Part shown: positions 19,187 to 28,220 of the stretch, piece by piece | How the letters are laid out: each line of letters starts with the position of its first letter | Numbering within the stretch: position 1 is the stretch's first letter | Source: Armatimonadota bacterium | GTDB lineage: Bacteria; Armatimonadota; Zipacnadia; Zipacnadales; UBA5352 | Length of the DNA: 64,000 bases | Reading direction: 5' to 3' | Assembly: GCA_034722055.1 (NCBI GenBank) | Contig: JAYENL010000314.1 | Coordinates: forward strand, 1 to 64,000 | Notes under the pieces: model-generated | The model's input: only the letters and a program-made list of their open reading frames with translations | Told to the model about the DNA's origin: nothing | Database searches by the model: none | Program-made: the position numbers and the translations under genes

Positions 19187-20055
19187 CGTTCGCCGATTCC
19201 CAGCACGGCGGCCACCACGCGGTCGATCCGCCCGAGGTCCTTGCGGATGATGATCTCGCTGGCGCCAAGCGCCTCGCTCATCAGCTCCGCCACCTCCGCA
19301 GCCTGGCCCTCGCCGACCTCGAAGGCCACGGCTTGCAGCGCCGGAAGCTCCCCGCACTGCTCCACGATGGCCCGGTAGGCGCCCAGGCCGTCGGCCTCGG
19401 AGTCCACCAGCGCCTCCCGCGGCTCGTGGTCGGTGATCTCCGGCATGAGGTCCTCCCAGTCGTCCTCGCGGACGTAGGGCGGATTGCTCACCACCATCTC
19501 CACATTGCTCGCCCAGCCGCTCTCGTGCAGCGGATCCAGCCACGACCCCTGCGCCAGCTCCACGCGGTCCTCGAGCCCGTGTGCCGCCACGTTCTCGGCG
19601 GCCAGGTCCAGCGCGTCCCGGGAGGTGTCGGTGGCCAGCACGTGCGTGTCCTTGAGCTCCAGCGCCAGGGACACGGCAATGATGCCGCAGCCGGTGCCGA
19701 TGTCGGCGATGCGAGTGATGCCGTGCTCCTGAGCGATCTCCAGGGCCACATCAACGAGCGTCTCGGTGTCGGCGCGGGGGATGACAGCGCGGGGGTCGCA
19801 GAGGAACTCGTAGCCGTAGAACTCCGTGCTCTCCAGCAGGTACTGCAGGGGCTCGCGCCTGCAGCGGCAGCCGATGAGCGTCTCGAAGGACGCCAGCTCC
19901 TCGCCTGTGAGCAGGCGGGCCTGGTGCATGGGAATGTGAGCCAGGGGGATGTCCAGCACGTGTGAGGCCAGGGCTCGGGCGTCGAACTCCGCCTCCGGGA
20001 CCTCAGCCTCCGCCAGCCGCTGCTGGGCGTCCTCGAGGGCCTCGCTGAGCTTCAT
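19183..20055 (-). CDS. prmC: Release factor glutamine methyltransferase
   Basis: EPLQY, IPRADTE, DIGTGCG and SNPPY motifs; follows prfA. Confidence 0.95.
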   Translation of the reverse strand: MKLSEALEDAQQRLAEAEVPEAEFDARALASHVLDIPLAHIPMHQARLLTGEELASFETLIGCRCRREPLQYLLESTEFYGYEFLCDPRAVIPRADTETLVDVALEIAQEHGITRIADIGTGCGIIAVSLALELKDTHVLATDTSRDALDLAAENVAAHGLEDRVELAQGSWLDPLHESGWASNVEMVVSNPPYVREDDWEDLMPEITDHEPREALVDSEADGLGAYRAIVEQCGELPALQAVAFEVGEGQAAEVAELMSEALGASEIIIRKDLGRIDRVVAAVLGIGER

Positions 20056-20070
20056 GGCAGTGCGCCTCCC

Positions 20071-21153
20071 TCAGAGGCTCTCGGCCAGCTCCTCCAGCTT
20101 CTGCTGCCGCTCGTGCTCGCCCAGCGCCCCGATGAGGTCGTCGATCTCGCCGGCCATGATCTCGGGGAGGTTGTGCAGGGTGAGGCCGATGCGGTGGTCG
20201 GTGACGCGGTCCTGAGGGAAGTTGTAGGTGCGGACCTTCTCCGAGCGGTCGCCGCTCTTCACGGCCGCCCGGCGCTGGGCGTCGATGGCCTCGTCCAGCT
20301 TGGCCTGCTCGTGCTCGTAGAGCCTGGCGCGCAGCACGGTGAGGGCCTTCTGGCGATTCTGCTTCTGGGAGCGCTCGTCGCGGGAGGCGGCGGTGATGCC
20401 GGTGGGCGTGTGCGTAACGCGCACGGCGGTCTCGTTCTTCTGCATGCTCTGCCCGCCAGGCCCGCCGGCCCGGAAGGTCTCGAACTCCAGCTCGCCCGGG
20501 GCCAGCTCGATGTCAACCTCCTGGGCCTCGGGCAGCACCGCGACGGTCGCCGCGGAGGTGTGGATGCGGCCCTGGGACTCGGTCGCCGGCACGCGCTGCA
20601 CGCGGTGGACGCCGGCCTCGTGCTTGAGGGTCCCGTAGGCCCCGGAGCCCCGGACGTTGGCGATGATCTCCTTGTACCCGCCCATGGGGCCGGCGTTTGC
20701 GGACATGATCTCCATGTCCCAGCCCCGGCCGGTGACGTAGCTGTTGTACATCTCGAACAGGTCCCCGGCGAACAGCGCCGCCTCGTCGCCACCCGTCCCG
20801 GCGCGGATCTCCATGATGGCGTTGCGGTCGCGCATGGGGTCGGGGGGGATGAGGAGCAGAAGCAGATCGTCCTCCATGTCGTCGATCGCCTGCTGCGCCT
20901 CCGCCAGCTCCGCCTGCAGGAACTGTCGCATCTCCTCGTCCTCGGCCGTCTCCAGCATGGAGGCGGCCTCATCGCGGGTGCGCAGGTGCTCCCGGTACTC
21001 CGCCAGCTTCTCCATGGCCGGCTCCAGCTCGGAGTGCCGCACCGAGAGCTCGCGCAGGCGTACAGGGTCGCTCAGCACCTCCCGAGTGGTGAGCTGCTGC
21101 TGCACGTCCTCGAATTCGTCCTCCAGGCGCTCAAGCGCCGATAGCAGGTCCAT
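20071..21153 (-). CDS. prfA: Peptide chain release factor 1
   Basis: EIRAGTGGDEAALF, RVQRVPATESQGRIHTS (PxT anticodon), GGPGGQ and RTYNFPQDRVTDHR. Confidence 0.97.
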   Translation of the reverse strand: MDLLSALERLEDEFEDVQQQLTTREVLSDPVRLRELSVRHSELEPAMEKLAEYREHLRTRDEAASMLETAEDEEMRQFLQAELAEAQQAIDDMEDDLLLLLIPPDPMRDRNAIMEIRAGTGGDEAALFAGDLFEMYNSYVTGRGWDMEIMSANAGPMGGYKEIIANVRGSGAYGTLKHEAGVHRVQRVPATESQGRIHTSAATVAVLPEAQEVDIELAPGELEFETFRAGGPGGQSMQKNETAVRVTHTPTGITAASRDERSQKQNRQKALTVLRARLYEHEQAKLDEAIDAQRRAAVKSGDRSEKVRTYNFPQDRVTDHRIGLTLHNLPEIMAGEIDDLIGALGEHERQQKLEELAESL

Positions 21154-21228
21154 TGTGTTGGCTCCAAGCGGCACGGTGCGAGCAAGCGACGGATGATAAG
21201 AGGCCTGGACGCAGCCGCCGCAATCGCG

Positions 21229-22359
21229 CTACCCTGCCCCCGCAGACCGCGCCTCCCGCTCTTCGTGCTCCCGCTGCAGCTCTCCGGGCTCAGGCGGCTC
21301 CTGGTCGCGGACGATCTGGCCGCCGCGGCCGATCGTGACCCGCTCCGGCTCCTCGAAGCCGGGAGGCAGGTCCACCTCCGGCGCCACCGTGGCCAGCGCG
21401 TAGATGGCGACCTCAACCTGATCCGGCTCCGGGCGGCGGGTGGTCAGCTTCTGCATGAGCAGCCCGGGCCCGGCCAGTATCAGCTCCAGGGCGCCTCCCC
21501 GATGCCGGCCGGCCCAGTGGATCACCTCATAGGCGATGCCCGCGATAGGCGGCAGCACCGCCAGACGCAACAGCAGCCGCAGCCACAGCGTGGGCCACCC
21601 CAGGAAGCAGTTGACCACGATCTTAACAGCGACCACCACCAGCAGGAAGGCCGTGCCACAGCGAGGATGCAGGGGGGAGTGTTCGACCGCCTCCTGCACG
21701 CTCACTCGCCCGGTGTCCTCAAAGGCGTTGATGGTGGCGTGCTCGGCGCCGTGGAACTCAAAGACCCGGCGCACGTAGGGGATCAGGGAGATGCCCTCGA
21801 TGTAGGCCACGATCACCAGCAGGCGGATGCCGCCCTCCACCAGGTTGCGGACGAAGACCTCGCCGAAGGCCGCGGTGACGGTGACCTCACGCCCGCCCAT
21901 GAACCAGTCCACCGCCCACGCCGGCAGGAGCACGAACAGGCCGATGCCGATGGCCATGGCCGGCAACACCGTCAGCCACAGGGCCTTCTCGCCGAGGCTC
22001 TGGGCCTGGTTGCCCTGCGCCTGTGCCTCTGCCGCCGCCACCTGGCGCGCCTGCCGCTCGCCCGCGGTCAGGTCATGGTCAGCCGCGCGCTGCTGGGCCT
22101 CATCCTCAAGCGCCACGTTCCCCGAGAAGTTCAGGGACTCCAGGCCCATGGTCAGCGAGTCCACCAGGGCCACATTGCCCCGCACCAGCGGCCACCTCGC
22201 CCACCGGTAGCGCTGGGTGAGGGTGTTGAGGGCGCGAGTGCCGACGACGATGGAGCCGTCCACGCGCCGCACGGCGGTGGCGTAGGCGGCCTTGGAGCGC
22301 ATCATGACGCCCTCCAGCACCGCCTGACCGCCGTAGAAATGCTCGCGATCTTCACTCAT
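21229..22359 (-). CDS. DUF1385 domain membrane protein
   Basis: GGQAVLEGVMMR, RRVFEFHGAEH, HPRCGTAF and QKLTTRRP motifs; conserved between rpmE and prfA. Confidence 0.92.
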   Translation of the reverse strand: MSEDREHFYGGQAVLEGVMMRSKAAYATAVRRVDGSIVVGTRALNTLTQRYRWARWPLVRGNVALVDSLTMGLESLNFSGNVALEDEAQQRAADHDLTAGERQARQVAAAEAQAQGNQAQSLGEKALWLTVLPAMAIGIGLFVLLPAWAVDWFMGGREVTVTAAFGEVFVRNLVEGGIRLLVIVAYIEGISLIPYVRRVFEFHGAEHATINAFEDTGRVSVQEAVEHSPLHPRCGTAFLLVVVAVKIVVNCFLGWPTLWLRLLLRLAVLPPIAGIAYEVIHWAGRHRGGALELILAGPGLLMQKLTTRRPEPDQVEVAIYALATVAPEVDLPPGFEEPERVTIGRGGQIVRDQEPPEPGELQREHEEREARSAGAG

Positions 22360-22425
22360 GGCGCAAGAAGTACGGGGGCCTCAGCCGCGCAGGCTGAGGC
22401 CGGGATGAGAGGCCGGGAAGAGATG

Positions 22426-22668
22426 CTACTGCTCGGCGGGGCTCTCCTCTTCCTCGTCCTTGTACTGATCCTCCAGGCCGTAGCGGCGGATGAACTTCTC
22501 CACGCGGCCCTCTGTGTCCACTATCTTCTGCTTGCCGGTGAAGAACGGGTGGCACTTGCTGCACACCTCGACCCGGATCTCGGGCTTAGTGGAGCGCGTG
22601 GTGAAGGTCTCACCGCAGGCGCACGTGACTGTGGCCTCAACGTATTCAGGATGGATGTCGGCCTTCAT
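22426..22668 (-). CDS. rpmE: 50S ribosomal protein L31 (Zn-binding type)
   Basis: [37 protein letters not shown]; acidic tail. Confidence 0.97.
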   Translation of the reverse strand: MKADIHPEYVEATVTCACGETFTTRSTKPEIRVEVCSKCHPFFTGKQKIVDTEGRVEKFIRRYGLEDQYKDEEEESPAEQ

Positions 22669-22745
22669 GGTATATCCCTCCGACCGCATGGCGGCCGTCT
22701 GTGCAGACAACAGCCACGACCCGCATGTGGGGCCGTGGCATCATC

Positions 22746-22775
22746 AGTATAGCACATTCGAAGTCCATGGCGCAA
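22746..22775 (-). promoter_or_regulatory. sigma70-type promoter of the rpmE operon
   Basis: TTGCGC-N18-TATACT with extended -10 TG. Confidence 0.55.
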
Positions 22776-22827
22776 CCGCTTCGAGGGCTGCGGCTGCGCA
22801 TCCGTAGCCTCGGCAGGAGGCGCGCAC

Positions 22828-22960
22828 GCCCGAAGGCGCTTGGGTGCCTCTCCCCGTGGCCACAGCCCCGCCCGGAGGCTCTCGGGCGGCTCTCCCCGCG
22901 GCCATAGCCCTGCCCGGAGGCGCTGGCGCGCCTTTCCTCGCGGCCACAGCCGCGCCCGGG
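22828..22960. repeat. Degenerate 42-nt tandem repeat, about 3 copies
   Basis: Units start GCCCG(G/A)AGGC at 22828, 22870 and 22912, each containing CG(T/C)GGCCA(C/T)AGCC. Confidence 0.8.
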
Positions 22961-22985
22961 CCGCAGCAAGGGCAATATCTCATTC

Positions 22986-23251
22986 TGGGAAGCCGGCGCC
23001 CTCGCCGGCTTGTGGCGCGAAGCGCCACTCGACCGTTGGGCCGGCTCACTCTAACATCGCGCGGGCGCGGGCGCCCGCGCCTCAGAGAGATACGTGGACC
23101 CGGCTTTCAGCCAGCCATCCTGCGGCGCTGGGGGAGACCGTGAGAGACGGCCGCCGTCCCGTGGCACGCACGCTCCTGTGCGTGTGCGGTTCTCGGCGTG
23201 CTCAGCGCGGAGCGGTAACGGCTGGGCGCGAACGGAGGCGCGCCCCTCCAA
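22986..23251. repeat. REP cluster (GGGAAGCCGG class plus GTGG/GGAG REPIN)
   Basis: GGGAAGCCGGCGCCCTCGCCGGC followed by a GTGGCGC-GAA-GCGCCAC hairpin; GTGGCACGCACGCTCCTGTGCGTG at 23161; GCCCCTCCAA end at about 23251. Confidence 0.75.
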
Positions 23252-23399
23252 ACTGCACGACAAACGCCAACGCCGGGCGGGTCCAAGCACGCCGCTGCTG
23301 CGGACGAGGACGGCAGCGGGCACCCCTACCCGCAACCGAGAGTCTGAGGAGACAGGCCGACCGGCCACATCAGGCGGCCTTTCGCCGCCTGGCGGTTTG

Positions 23400-23408
23400 T
23401 GCTATAAT
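23400..23408 (+). promoter_or_regulatory. Extended -10 promoter of ftsK
   Basis: TGCTATAAT about 90 nt upstream of GTG 23501. Confidence 0.6.
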
Positions 23409-23500
23409 CACGACATCACAGGGTCTCCGGTGCGTCGTGACCGCACTGGACGAAGTATGTTTGCAGCCTGAACGCAGAATACCGATCGGAGGAACGCCCT

Positions 23501-25867
23501 GTGGCCAGAGGAGCCGACGACGTCCAGAAGCTGCGGCGGGAGATCGCCGCCATCGGCCTCGTGACAGCGGCGGCGCTCACCTTTGCGGGCCTTCTCTACG
23601 GCACCCAGGAGGGCGTCTCCCAGGCCGGCTATCTGACCGGGATCATCGCGCGCAGCCTCACCCTCGCCCTTGGCGTGGGTGCCTACGCGGTCCCCATCGT
23701 GCTCCTGGTCGTCGGCGTCCTCTTCGCCCTCGAACGCCCTCAGGTGGCATCCCCGCGAGCGCTGGCCGGCGCCGGGCTGATGCTGGCCGTCCTCCTCACC
23801 CTCACCGCCATGCCGGTGCCCGAGCAGTCCCGATTCGATCCCGAGTGGGTGGCGGTCAACGGCGGCTATCTCGGTGCGGGCCTCGCCGAGGCATCGCTGA
23901 GCGTGCTGGGTCGCCCCGGCTCCTACATCGTGCTGGTGGGGCTGGCGTTCATCGCCCTGGTGCTGCTGACGCAGACCTCCGTGAAGCGGCTTGTGCAGGG
24001 AAGCGGACGGCTGATCGGGAGCCTGTTCGCGTCTGCATTGCGGGTGGTAACGGACGGCGTGGCCGAGCTGAGGTCGGGTCTGCGGCGAACGCCAAGGCCG
24101 GCCGCAGGGCGCAAGCGCCCTCAGCGGCCCGTCAGACCCGACCGCGGACCCGTCGTGGAGCTGGACCTGGACTCCGACGAACGGCCGGAGGATCCGCCAT
24201 CGGGGGAGCCGGACTGCGCCGAGTGCCCATCAACGCCCACGATCGAGCGCAGCGGGTCGGCGCCGGAGGCTGACGGGGAGCAGACCGTCCTGCTGGACAG
24301 CGATGATCTCTACCAGCCGCCACCGCTGTCGCTCCTCAGCGAGCTCGAGGACGAGGACATGGGGCAGGCCGCCGCTGAGGAGGCCACCGAGAACATCATC
24401 AAGCTGGAGGACACCCTGGAGAGCTTCGGGGTGGAGGCCAAGGTGGTGGACTACGAGCAGGGGCCGGTGATCACGCGCTACGAGGTGGAGCCGGCGCCGG
24501 GGATCCGGGTGGGGAAGATCGTGAACCTCTCCGATGACCTGGCCATGGCGCTGGCGGCGGTGGACGTGCGAGTGGAGGCGCCGATTCCGGGCAAGTCCGC
24601 GGTGGGCATCGAGGTGCCGCATCAGAACCGGGCTGTGGTGAGCCTCCGGCGGATGCTGGAGGAGGAGGAGTTCCAGCGCAACGGCTCGCCGGTGGCGGTG
24701 GCGCTGGGGCGGGACATCGCCGGCCACCCGGTGATCGGGGATCTGTCGCACATGCCCCATCTGCTGGTGGCCGGGGCCACCAACGCCGGCAAGAGCGTGT
24801 GCCTGCACAGCATTATCAGCTCCATCTGCATGCGGGTGCGGCCCAGCGAGGTGAAGTTCATCCTCATCGACCCCAAGCGCGTGGAGCTGCGGCTGTACGA
24901 GGGCCTCCCGCACCTGATGTCTCCGGTGATCTACAGCCCCAAGGAGGCCGCCGACGCGCTGCGCAAGGTCATCCGGGAGATGGACAAGCGCTACGACCAG
25001 TTCGCCATGAAGGGCGTCGTGGACATCGACGAGTATAACGCGCTGGCCGCCGAGCCAAAGGAGCACACCGATCAGGAGTTCGAGCCCATGCCGCGCGTGG
25101 TCATCATCATCGACGAGCTGGCGGACCTGATGATGCAATCGCGGGCGGAGTTCGAGTTCTCCATCTGCCGGCTGGCGCAGCTCGCCCGGGCCACCGGCAT
25201 CCACCTGGTGCTGGCCACCCAGCGGCCGTCGGTGAACGTCATCACCGGCACCATCAAGGCCAACATCCCCTCCCGCATCGCCCTGGCGGTGACCTCCCAG
25301 CACGACTCGCGCACGATCCTCGACGGGCAGGGCGCGGAGCGGCTGATCGGCCGCGGCGACATGCTCTACTGTCCGATCGACGCCAACCAGCCCCGGCGGC
25401 TGCAGGGCGCATTCATCCCCCGGTCCGACCTGCAGCGGCTGGTGGACTACCTCTGCGAGCAGGGCGAGCCGGACTTCGGGATCATTCCCCAGGTGCCCGA
25501 TGATGACGAGGAGGATTTCGCGGCCGACATCGAGGTCTCCGACAAGCTCTACGCGGCGGCGGTGGAGTTCGTGGTGGGCGAGGGGGAGGCATCGGTCTCC
25601 GGGCTGCAGCGGCGCTTCAAGATCGGCTACGCTCGCGCGGGCCGCCTCATCGACGCCATGGAGCAGCGGGGCGTGGTCGGGCCCCACGAGGGCCCCAAGG
25701 CGCGCCAGGTGCTGCTGCATCCATCGGCGATGCAACAGCACCTGTCGGGTGGCGAGTACCCCCATCCTGAGGAGATCGACGAGGACGCCGAGGAGGACGT
25801 GGCGGAGGTGCCCGAGCGTGAGGAGGACCTCTCCGACGATGACCAGCCGGCGGCCGAGAGCGCCTGA
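23501..25867 (+). CDS. ftsK: DNA translocase FtsK/SpoIIIE
   Basis: 4TM N-terminus; MPHLLVAGATNAGKS, IIIDELADLM, LATQRPSVNVITG, GAERLIGRGDML; gamma domain LQRRFKIGYARAGRLID. Confidence 0.97.
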   Translation: MARGADDVQKLRREIAAIGLVTAAALTFAGLLYGTQEGVSQAGYLTGIIARSLTLALGVGAYAVPIVLLVVGVLFALERPQVASPRALAGAGLMLAVLLTLTAMPVPEQSRFDPEWVAVNGGYLGAGLAEASLSVLGRPGSYIVLVGLAFIALVLLTQTSVKRLVQGSGRLIGSLFASALRVVTDGVAELRSGLRRTPRPAAGRKRPQRPVRPDRGPVVELDLDSDERPEDPPSGEPDCAECPSTPTIERSGSAPEADGEQTVLLDSDDLYQPPPLSLLSELEDEDMGQAAAEEATENIIKLEDTLESFGVEAKVVDYEQGPVITRYEVEPAPGIRVGKIVNLSDDLAMALAAVDVRVEAPIPGKSAVGIEVPHQNRAVVSLRRMLEEEEFQRNGSPVAVALGRDIAGHPVIGDLSHMPHLLVAGATNAGKSVCLHSIISSICMRVRPSEVKFILIDPKRVELRLYEGLPHLMSPVIYSPKEAADALRKVIREMDKRYDQFAMKGVVDIDEYNALAAEPKEHTDQEFEPMPRVVIIIDELADLMMQSRAEFEFSICRLAQLARATGIHLVLATQRPSVNVITGTIKANIPSRIALAVTSQHDSRTILDGQGAERLIGRGDMLYCPIDANQPRRLQGAFIPRSDLQRLVDYLCEQGEPDFGIIPQVPDDDEEDFAADIEVSDKLYAAAVEFVVGEGEASVSGLQRRFKIGYARAGRLIDAMEQRGVVGPHEGPKARQVLLHPSAMQQHLSGGEYPHPEEIDEDAEEDVAEVPEREEDLSDDDQPAAESA

Positions 25868-25915
25868 GCGGCGCGCGGGCAGGAATCGCGGGCCCTGCGC
25901 CGAAATACATACCCC

Positions 25916-26848
25916 ATGAGCATGCAGACCTCTCTTCCCCTCGACGATGATGGCCCGGACCGTGAACCACAGGAGCGGAAGCAGCCGGGACGCCGGGCCC
26001 GCCGAAATACGCTGAACGACCTCACCGGCCGGGAATGGATCAAGGCCACCAAGTCCTGGCTGGTGTGTGATTCCCGGCGCTATCACCAGAACCGGGACAC
26101 CGAGCTGCATCCGGCCCGCTACCCCGAGGAGCTGGTGGCACAGTTCCTGCGCTTCTTCACCAAGCGCGGGGGGTGGGTCCTCGACCCCCTCTGTGGCAGC
26201 GGCGCCACGCTGGTGGCCGCGCTGGAGGAGGGCCGGAACGCCGTGGGCGTGGAGATCAGCCCCCGCTACGTGGAGATGACGCGACAGCGGCTGGCGGGGA
26301 CTCCCGGTGACGGGGTGGATGCGCGGGTCATTGAGGCCGACGCTCGAGGGCTGGCTCGCGACGAGACCTGGGCCGGCGAGGACGGCCTCCCATGGGGCGA
26401 GGAGGGCCTCCCGCAGTTTGACTTTATCATGACCTCGCCACCCTACTGGAAGATGCTGCGGACCAGCCGCGGGGGCGTGCACTCCACGCACAAGCAGCGC
26501 GCCGACGAGGGCCTGGACACCGACTACGGCGACGTTGAGGGCAATCTGGGGCTGATCGAGGACTACGAGCGCTTCGTTGATGAGGTGGGAGGCGTCTTCG
26601 ACGCCTGTGCGAAGCTGCTCAGGCCCGGGAAGTACCTGGTGGTGGTGGCCCAGAACGTTCGGGTGCCCGACGGCTACGTCCGGCCGCTGGCGTGGGACCT
26701 GGCGCGGCGCATCAGCCGCTCGCTGAGCTTTCAGGGCGAGCGCATCTGGTGCCAGGACAGCAAGCAGCTCGGGATCTGGGGCTACCCCACCACCTTCGTG
26801 CCCAACTACCACCATCACTACTGCCTCATCTTCCGGCGCCAGGACTGA
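25916..26848 (+). CDS. Orphan N4/N6 DNA methyltransferase (permuted beta-like)
   Basis: HPARYPEEL and VLDPLCGSGATL (motif I) precede TSPPYW (motif IV) and LLRPGK; no nuclease adjacent. Confidence 0.85.
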   Translation: MSMQTSLPLDDDGPDREPQERKQPGRRARRNTLNDLTGREWIKATKSWLVCDSRRYHQNRDTELHPARYPEELVAQFLRFFTKRGGWVLDPLCGSGATLVAALEEGRNAVGVEISPRYVEMTRQRLAGTPGDGVDARVIEADARGLARDETWAGEDGLPWGEEGLPQFDFIMTSPPYWKMLRTSRGGVHSTHKQRADEGLDTDYGDVEGNLGLIEDYERFVDEVGGVFDACAKLLRPGKYLVVVAQNVRVPDGYVRPLAWDLARRISRSLSFQGERIWCQDSKQLGIWGYPTTFVPNYHHHYCLIFRRQD

Positions 26849-26855
26849 GCCGGTG

Positions 26856-28190
26856 ATGGGACACGCGGTGGCGGTGGTGTCGCTGGGGTGCGCCAAGAAC
26901 CTCGTGGACTCCGAGGTGATGCTGGGGCTCCTGGAGCAGGCGGGGCACGAGCTGGTGGAGGACGTCGAGGATGCCGAGATCATCATCGTCAATACCTGCG
27001 CCTTCATCGAGCCAGCGGTGGAGGAGGCGGTGGAGGCGCTGCTGGACCTGGCGGAGCTGAAGGCCGACGGGGCCCAGTGCCTCATCTGCGCCGGCTGCCT
27101 CACCTCCCGCTATGGCGAGGAGCTGCTGAGGGAGCTGCCGGAGGTGGACGCCCTCGTGGGGCCGGGCTCGGTGGACCGCATCGCCGAGGTCGTCCAGTGC
27201 TGCCTGGCCGGCGAGCGAGTGATGGAGGCCGGGTCGCCGCCCTGCCTCTGCTCGGCGGACACGCCGAGGGTGCGCACCGGCCCACAGTGGCTGGCGCATC
27301 TCAAGATCGCCGACGGCTGCAGCCATCACTGCACCTACTGCCTGATCCCGCAGCTCCGCGGGCCCTATCGCAGCCGGCCGCCCGGCGACATCCGGGCTGA
27401 GGTGGCGGGCCTCATCGGCGAGGGCGTCCGCGAGATATGCGTGATCGCCCAGGACACCTCTGCGTGGGGCCGCGACCTGACGGGAGAGCACTCCCTGGCG
27501 GGCCTGCTGGAGAGTCTGGAGCTGGGCGGCTGGGACGGATGGCTGCGGCTGCAGTATCTGCACCCCACGGGTATCAGCGACGAGCTGCTTGAGGTGGTGG
27601 CGGGCACCGAGCAGATCGTGCCCTACTTCGACATCCCGCTGCAGCACGCCGACGAGGCCGTGCTGCGGCGCATGGGACGGGGGGGCGATGCCCAGCGGCA
27701 CCTGGCGCTGCTGGAGCGGGTGAGGGCCGCGGTCCCGGATGGGGCCCTGCGGACCACGTTCATCGTGGGGCATCCGGGCGAGACGCGCCAGCGCTTCGAG
27801 CGGCTGTTGGCGTTCGTCCGGGAGGCGCGCTTCGACCGCCTCTCGGCCTTCGTCTACTGGGACGAGCCCGGAACGCGCTCGGAGTGCGTGGGGGAGAAGG
27901 TGCCCCGCGAACAGGCCCGCGATCGCCTGGACGAGCTGATGCACCTGCAGCAGGAGATCTCGCGGGAGATCAACCAGGGCCTGGTGGGTGAGAGGCTGCG
28001 AGTGCTGGTGGAGGAGCCGGGCGATGATCCCGCGACGGTGGTGGGACGAACCTATCGCGATGCGCCCGGCATCGACGGCAACGCCATCATCCGGCGCGGC
28101 CCGCAGGTGCCGCCCGCCGGGCACTTCGTGGACGTGCTGGTGACCGAGGCGCTGGAGCACGACCTGCGGGGGCGTGCAACTCAACAGTGA
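26856..28190 (+). CDS. rimO: Ribosomal protein S12 methylthiotransferase
   Basis: SLGCAKNLVDSE, NTCAFI, CSHHCTYC radical-SAM motif, AQDT, LQH and C-terminal TRAM (DAPGIDG). Confidence 0.93.
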   Translation: MGHAVAVVSLGCAKNLVDSEVMLGLLEQAGHELVEDVEDAEIIIVNTCAFIEPAVEEAVEALLDLAELKADGAQCLICAGCLTSRYGEELLRELPEVDALVGPGSVDRIAEVVQCCLAGERVMEAGSPPCLCSADTPRVRTGPQWLAHLKIADGCSHHCTYCLIPQLRGPYRSRPPGDIRAEVAGLIGEGVREICVIAQDTSAWGRDLTGEHSLAGLLESLELGGWDGWLRLQYLHPTGISDELLEVVAGTEQIVPYFDIPLQHADEAVLRRMGRGGDAQRHLALLERVRAAVPDGALRTTFIVGHPGETRQRFERLLAFVREARFDRLSAFVYWDEPGTRSECVGEKVPREQARDRLDELMHLQQEISREINQGLVGERLRVLVEEPGDDPATVVGRTYRDAPGIDGNAIIRRGPQVPPAGHFVDVLVTEALEHDLRGRATQQ

Positions 28191-28220
28191 GCAGTGCGCT
28201 ACACGGGAGGACCTGACACG

